Below, in pieces: positions 58,611-63,203 of a stretch of DNA of 63,203 bases. How positions within the stretch are numbered: position 1 is the first letter of the stretch; the number at the start of each line of letters is the position of its first letter. The DNA is from a virus (taxonomy: Duplodnaviria; Caudoviricetes), in the IMG/VR virus record IMGVR_UViG_3300025889_000117, positions 1 to 63,203 of that record; one strand, 5' to 3'. The translations under genes were made by a program, and so were the position numbers. Below the pieces are notes generated by a model. That model worked only from the letters and a program-made list of their open reading frames with translations. It did no database searches and was not told the origin of the DNA.

Positions 58611-59470
58611 ATGGGATCGCTAAATTTATGGTATTTAAATGTTGCTTTTGATGAAGCATCTGCTTCTATAAGGCTTACTTTGTTAGCATTACGGGATTTG
58701 ACTCCCCCCCCATTTATAAATCTTTTTCCTTATAAATTATAAAATTTTTCCCGTATAAGGCGATCTTATCGGATAACCTTATAATCTTATAATTCGGTAC
58801 CCCCCTATTTATAAATCTTTTTCCTTATCATGCGTGGCGAGTATGAGGATTTGAACCACCGTCATATATAAGGGTTGCGTGTGATTTTTATCGATCACGC
58901 CTAAAAAATTAGCGATGATCGCACATCACGCCTAGATTTTGGGGTATATAGTGATTTTTGATCGTAAATCATGTTTCACAAAGCGGAACAGGGGTGATCG
59001 CTAATACAATAAGGGGGGGTTGCTTTTTTTTTCATGCCTATATGGGGATCTTATAAGATATGATCATAATTGTTATAGGCACAAAGGGGGGATCAGTATA
59101 AAAAAACGCTTATCATTAATGATTAACATTGAATTCCCGCCATGCCTAAAAGATCACTATATAGTAATTTTTTTTTGGAATTTGTCAAAGTCTGCAAATT
59201 ATAAGCGTGATCTATTGTGGGAAATCCAAAAATTCTACAACAAAGGATTAAATACGCATGATCGCCCGTTTTTTTCGCATATTTTAAAAAAATCAATTTA
59301 GATTTTCTAGCTTCTATAGTTTTATAATTAATTCTATATAGTTTATAAAAAATCTATATAGATTTACCAAAAAACTGTATTCTCTTATAATTCGGTGTAA
59401 AATTAATTTTATAAAATTGTCAATGTTCTTTTAGTGTATTTTTTGCAAAAAATCCCGCAAAACAAAACAC

Positions 59471-59637
59471 TATTATAATCAATTTTTGGCAAATCCTAGA
59501 TCGTCAGATTTTTTTGGTGAAATAGAAAGATTATTATAATCATTTTTTCGCAAATCCTAGATCGTCAGATTTTTTGATAAAATAGAAAGGTTATTATAAT
59601 GATTTTTTGGCAAATCCTAGATCGTCAGATTTTTTTA
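59471..59637. repeat. Three ~60-bp direct repeats with core GCAAATCCTAGATCGTCAGATTTTTT
   Basis: Cores start at 59489, 59550 and 59610. Confidence 0.9.
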
Positions 59638-59711
59638 CTGTAATTATTTTGACAACAAAATCCCCGAAAATTCACACCGGATTTTTTATAATAATTTTTT
59701 TTATAATTTTC

Positions 59712-59816
59712 ATGGAACAAAAGGAAATTGAAAAAAAATTTCTCAAAAGAGTAAATTTTGATCAATATATGGAAATCCAAGAATGGATTATAGATCAGAT
59801 TGAGCGTAAAATCTGA
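59712..59816 (+). CDS. 34-aa microprotein
   Basis: MEQKEIEKKFLKRVNFDQYMEIQEWIIDQIERKI; TTTTATA upstream, T-tract downstream. Confidence 0.45.
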   Translation: MEQKEIEKKFLKRVNFDQYMEIQEWIIDQIERKI

Positions 59817-60056
59817 TTTAATTTTTTTTCTTTTTTGGCACTTTTTTCTTTTTTAGGCACAAAACCCCGCATCATGATTTATATGTGGTCTCAACGGTGT
59901 AAAAGTTTGGATCGTTTTTTCTTACTAGTGCCTAATTATTTTATCCTAGTGCTAAAAATAAAATTTCAGAATTTCACTAAGTCCACAAATTATAATTTTA
60001 AACAAAAAATCCCTTTTTTTTATGCGTAAAATTCGATTTATGGAATTTTTATAAAA

Positions 60057-60250
60057 TTAGGCACGAATTTTATAAAAAAAATGTCAAAAAATGAGCATTT
60101 TTTATTTTTACGATCTTTTTTTATAATTTTTTTTTATAAAATTATAAGATTTAGGCACAAATTGCCTATTAAACCATCACGATTTTTTCGATTTGTGCCT
60201 AAATGATGGATCACTTATTGATTTATATTATAATTCATTTTAAGAATGGC
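60057..60250 (+). promoter_or_regulatory. Upstream control module, copy 1 (TAGGCAC sites + GATTTATATT TATA box)
   Basis: Colinear with 61861-62053. Confidence 0.7.
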
Positions 60251-61564
60251 ATGAAGAAATTCACAATTCAAACAATCGAAGAATTCGCAACAAGCGGATC
60301 ACAAAAATCATGGTTAAAGAAATTTTTTAACCTAATCGAAGATCATGATTTATGGAATCAATCAGTAAGCCAAATCTTACTTAGAATGGAACAAGAAGTA
60401 ACAACAAAAACCACGTACTCAGCAATGAAGTCAACTTTTCTAAAGTTCACAAGTTCTCTCGATTTAGAAGGTAAAACTTCAACCGAATCTCAAGCAGAAT
60501 TGAGACAAAGAGAAGAATTCATCAAAATTCAAGCCGAACAACTAAGAGAACAACAAGAACTAGCAAAAATTGAAGCTGAAAAAATCGCAGAAATGCAAAA
60601 AATCGAAGCTGAAAAAATGGCAAAAATCGAAGCTGAAAAATTAGCACAAGCACAAAAAGAGAGAATTGAGGAATTAACTGCGGGTTTCGTACCTGAGGAA
60701 ATTCCAGACGAATTTATAAAATTCGATCCTGAAAATTATAAACTCCAAAAAGCCTCAGAATATTTCCAACAAGATCAAGAAAAAGAAATTTTCGATGCAT
60801 TGTTGACATTCGGAAAAAATGTGATTTTGACCGGTCAACAAGGAACTGGAAAAACTGAGCTTGCACAATTACACGCTTTTGAAAATCAAGATCCAATGTT
60901 CAAAATCGCTTGTTCAGCTGATTTAAGAAAAACCGATTTGATCGGATCAAAAACATTAGATCAAGACGAAAAATTAAAACAAATTGCGGGAATGTTAACA
61001 AGAGCCGTTTTAACCGCAAATAAAACCGGATCTGCCATGGTGCTTTTAGACGAAGGAAATGCCTTGATTCCTAAAGTGCAAATCATGCTTTATGGTTTGA
61101 CAGATTCAACAAGAAGGATCGATCTTCCTGAAATGACAAAACCACTTGTTTTGAATAAAGGTGCTAGATTGAAATTTGTCATTACCATGAATGATCAATA
61201 TTCAGGAACTAGTCCATTGAATAAACCATTATTGGACAGATTCAATGTAATCCAAATGAAGAGACTACCAAAACAAATTGTTTTGAAAATTATAAAAAAT
61301 TATAACGTCTCAAGCGAAATCAAAAACAAGCTTTTTGAACTTTCAGAAGCTATTGATCAAGCACAAAGATCAAACACTCTATCAGAACAAGCTAACATGA
61401 GTGTTAGAGCGATTAAAGCAATTTGTGAAGAAATAGAAATTTTCACAATGGCAAAAATCGAAAACCCTGTGAAAGAAGCTTTAGAAGTAGGGATCGTTAA
61501 AAAATTCTCAGAAGAGAAATACCAAGAAGAGGTGAGAGAAATTATAAGAAAAATCGGATTTTAA
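60251..61564 (+). CDS. MoxR/CobS-like AAA+ ATPase with N-terminal EAEK coiled coil (start moved to 60251)
   Basis: Walker A GQQGTGKT, DLIG, G.LT.A, Walker B LLDEGN, TMN..Y.GT..LN..L.DRF, SVR. Confidence 0.9.
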   Translation: MKKFTIQTIEEFATSGSQKSWLKKFFNLIEDHDLWNQSVSQILLRMEQEVTTKTTYSAMKSTFLKFTSSLDLEGKTSTESQAELRQREEFIKIQAEQLREQQELAKIEAEKIAEMQKIEAEKMAKIEAEKLAQAQKERIEELTAGFVPEEIPDEFIKFDPENYKLQKASEYFQQDQEKEIFDALLTFGKNVILTGQQGTGKTELAQLHAFENQDPMFKIACSADLRKTDLIGSKTLDQDEKLKQIAGMLTRAVLTANKTGSAMVLLDEGNALIPKVQIMLYGLTDSTRRIDLPEMTKPLVLNKGARLKFVITMNDQYSGTSPLNKPLLDRFNVIQMKRLPKQIVLKIIKNYNVSSEIKNKLFELSEAIDQAQRSNTLSEQANMSVRAIKAICEEIEIFTMAKIENPVKEALEVGIVKKFSEEKYQEEVREIIRKIGF

Positions 61565-61570
61565 AAAATC

Positions 61571-61680
61571 CAATTTTTTTTTCAAAATTTTTTTTATAAA
61601 ATCTTATAATTTTTTTTTTCATTTTTTTTTCAATTTTTTTTTCAAAAATTTTTTTTATAAAATTCTTATAATTTTTTTTT
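61571..61680. repeat. Two ~60-bp T-rich direct repeats after the ATPase (terminator-like)
   Basis: CAATTTTTTTTTCAAAA...TATAAAAT(T)CTTATAATTTTTTTT twice. Confidence 0.65.
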
Positions 61681-61860
61681 GCAACAAAATTTTTTTGAAT
61701 TAACGGTACGGTACTTTCAAGTACTGGTACTTTATTTTAAATCAACGGTACTTTATTTTGTGGTAAATGGTATGCTAAGTATGGATACTATTGATACTGT
61801 TTAGATTTCAGAAATTTCTTAAGTCTTAATTTTAGTATCCATTTTACTGATACTGTTTTT

Positions 61861-62053
61861 TTAGGCACAAATTAAGCATGAAGAAAAGGCAAAAAATGAA
61901 CATTTTTTATTTTACCGATCTTTTTACTTGTTATTTTTTTTCAAAAATTCCCGATTTAGGCACAAATTGCCTATTAAACCCCAATGATTTTTTGATTTGT
62001 GCCTATTTTGCGATCGGTGGTTGATTTATATTAGAACTATTGATAAAAATGCC
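61861..62053 (+). promoter_or_regulatory. Upstream control module, copy 2
   Basis: Shares GATTTAGGCACAAATTGCCTATTAAACC, GATTTGTGCCTA and TTGATTTATATTA with copy 1. Confidence 0.7.
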
Positions 62054-62890
62054 ATGGAAATTACAGAAATCACACTAGAGAAAAACCAAAAAGATCCAAT
62101 TTTTAAAGAGCGATCAAATAAAGGTTACAAGGTTAATCAAGCATTAGCCGACAGAATCGGAGAAACTTTAAACAAAATTAAAGGAAGAATGGATCAAGAA
62201 ATCGGAGAAAGCGGAGATTTAGACGAAGAAGAATATCTAGATTTTCGTGTGGATCGAAAATTAGGATTCATGAAAAACTTAGATATTTTTAACGAAACAA
62301 ACGAAAAAAACGGGTTAGACGTCGTTTTTCTTGTTGATTGCTCCGGCTCAATGCGTGGACTTCAGCAAAAAATGGCAGACATAACCGCCACTGTTATGTT
62401 GGGATTAAAAAAATGTCCTTTCATTAATTTTAAGACATTGGCTTATTCGGCTAGCGGGTACGAATATCAAGGATATTATGAAATAATTACCGACTTCACA
62501 CAAGCTGGAAAAATTCACGCCGACGAAGATCACTATCATGATGTTCACCATTTAGCGATCGCTGAAGCTAGAAAAATGTTGGAAGAAAGCGAAAATAAAC
62601 GTTTGATTATTTTTATGACCGACGGTTACCCAGAAGGTAGATTAGAAGGAAGATCAATACCTCAAGAATTATTGTGGACTATGATCGAAAAAGAGATCAC
62701 AAAATCAAAAAATAAAGAAATTGATTTTTTCGCTATCTACTACGATCGTATTGGGCGTGGTGCTTCTGATAGAATGAAAAAATGCTTTAGAAATTCACTT
62801 TATGTGACTCACGATTTCTTAGATATTCAAACAAAGTTAATTGAAAAATTAAATCAAACAGTGGAAAAACTAAATTCAGGAGCTTCTTAA
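62054..62890 (+). CDS. vWA (MIDAS) domain protein, MoxR partner (start moved to 62054)
   Basis: SGDLD, VFLVDCSGSM (DxSxS), IFMTDGYP. Confidence 0.9.
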   Translation: MEITEITLEKNQKDPIFKERSNKGYKVNQALADRIGETLNKIKGRMDQEIGESGDLDEEEYLDFRVDRKLGFMKNLDIFNETNEKNGLDVVFLVDCSGSMRGLQQKMADITATVMLGLKKCPFINFKTLAYSASGYEYQGYYEIITDFTQAGKIHADEDHYHDVHHLAIAEARKMLEESENKRLIIFMTDGYPEGRLEGRSIPQELLWTMIEKEITKSKNKEIDFFAIYYDRIGRGASDRMKKCFRNSLYVTHDFLDIQTKLIEKLNQTVEKLNSGAS

Positions 62891-62892
62891 AA

Positions 62893-63203
62893 ATGGATTT
62901 AGATCAAGAATGGCTTGAAAAATTAGCTTCTGTTTTTCATTTTTCAGAAATTAAAGAAAGTTGGAATAAAAATTTAAAGTCTGAAATTTCAGATAATGAA
63001 TTAAAGGTTATAATTTCAAATTTTCAATTAAAAATGAAACAAGAAGCTTATAAAAAATCAGAACAAGAAGCTGAAAAACAAGAAGCTGAAAAACAAGAAG
63101 CTGAAAAACAAGAAGCTGAAAAACAAGAAGCTGAAAAACAAGAAGCTGAAAAACAAGAAGCTGAAAAACAAGAAGCTGAAAAACAAGAAGCTGAAAAACA
63201 AGA
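62893..63203 (+). CDS. 5' part of the junction-spanning ORF (MDLDQEWLEKLA...(QEAEK)n)
   Basis: ATG 2 nt after the vWA stop; open to the contig end. Confidence 0.75.
   Translation, partial: MDLDQEWLEKLASVFHFSEIKESWNKNLKSEISDNELKVIISNFQLKMKQEAYKKSEQEAEKQEAEKQEAEKQEAEKQEAEKQEAEKQEAEKQEAEKQEAEKQ
63069..63203 (+). repeat. 15-bp tandem repeat AGCTGAAAAACAAGA x9, right contig end
   Basis: Identical to positions 1-120. Confidence 0.97.

Noticed and set aside
58836-58862. tRNA 3'-end-like string GGTTCAAATCC...CGCCA on the minus strand (tRNA or attP)
   Set aside because: T-stem pairs poorly, there is no D or anticodon arm, a TATA box lies directly upstream, and no integrase was found
59471-59637. 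Possible mini-CRISPR array (26-bp core at ~60-bp period)
   Set aside because: The intervening sequences resemble each other (AAATAGAAAG.TTATTATAAT), so these are degenerate tandem repeats; no cas genes
59020-60029. ORFs 59020..59301, 59607..59711 extension and 59835..60029
   Set aside because: TTG starts, F/K/I-rich translations of T-tracts and repeats; most likely non-coding
60203-62890. True cobaltochelatase CobS/CobT auxiliary metabolic genes
   Set aside because: No CobN or other cobalamin genes; motifs support only a generic MoxR-vWA pair

Overview
AT-rich, apparently complete and circularly permuted genome (~63 kb) of a tailed dsDNA archaeal virus. Both ends fall in the same 15-bp tandem repeat, and one ORF reads through the join. 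The host is most likely marine Thaumarchaeota (Nitrosopumilaceae): there is an archaeal RadA, a PrimPol-MCM fusion, TATA boxes ~25 nt before start codons, and two small genes resembling Nitrosopumilus-type families. RadA plus a MoxR/CobS-like ATPase recalls the Marthavirus-type viruses. The minus-strand block (~7.3-54.2 kb) carries replication and modification genes, tail-fibre/tip genes, terminase, a siphovirus-like tail with a -1 frameshifted chaperone, an HK97-type head, a three-protein adhesin module beside a SPOUT-like gene, the portal and RadA. The mostly plus-strand block (~54.4 kb through the join to 7.3 kb) carries many microproteins and zinc fingers, a motif-rich non-coding region, a MoxR-vWA pair with a duplicated upstream control region, and several structured non-coding RNA candidates. 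No integrase, family B polymerase, CRISPR array or intact tRNA was seen. All calls come from reading motifs by eye; no searches were run.
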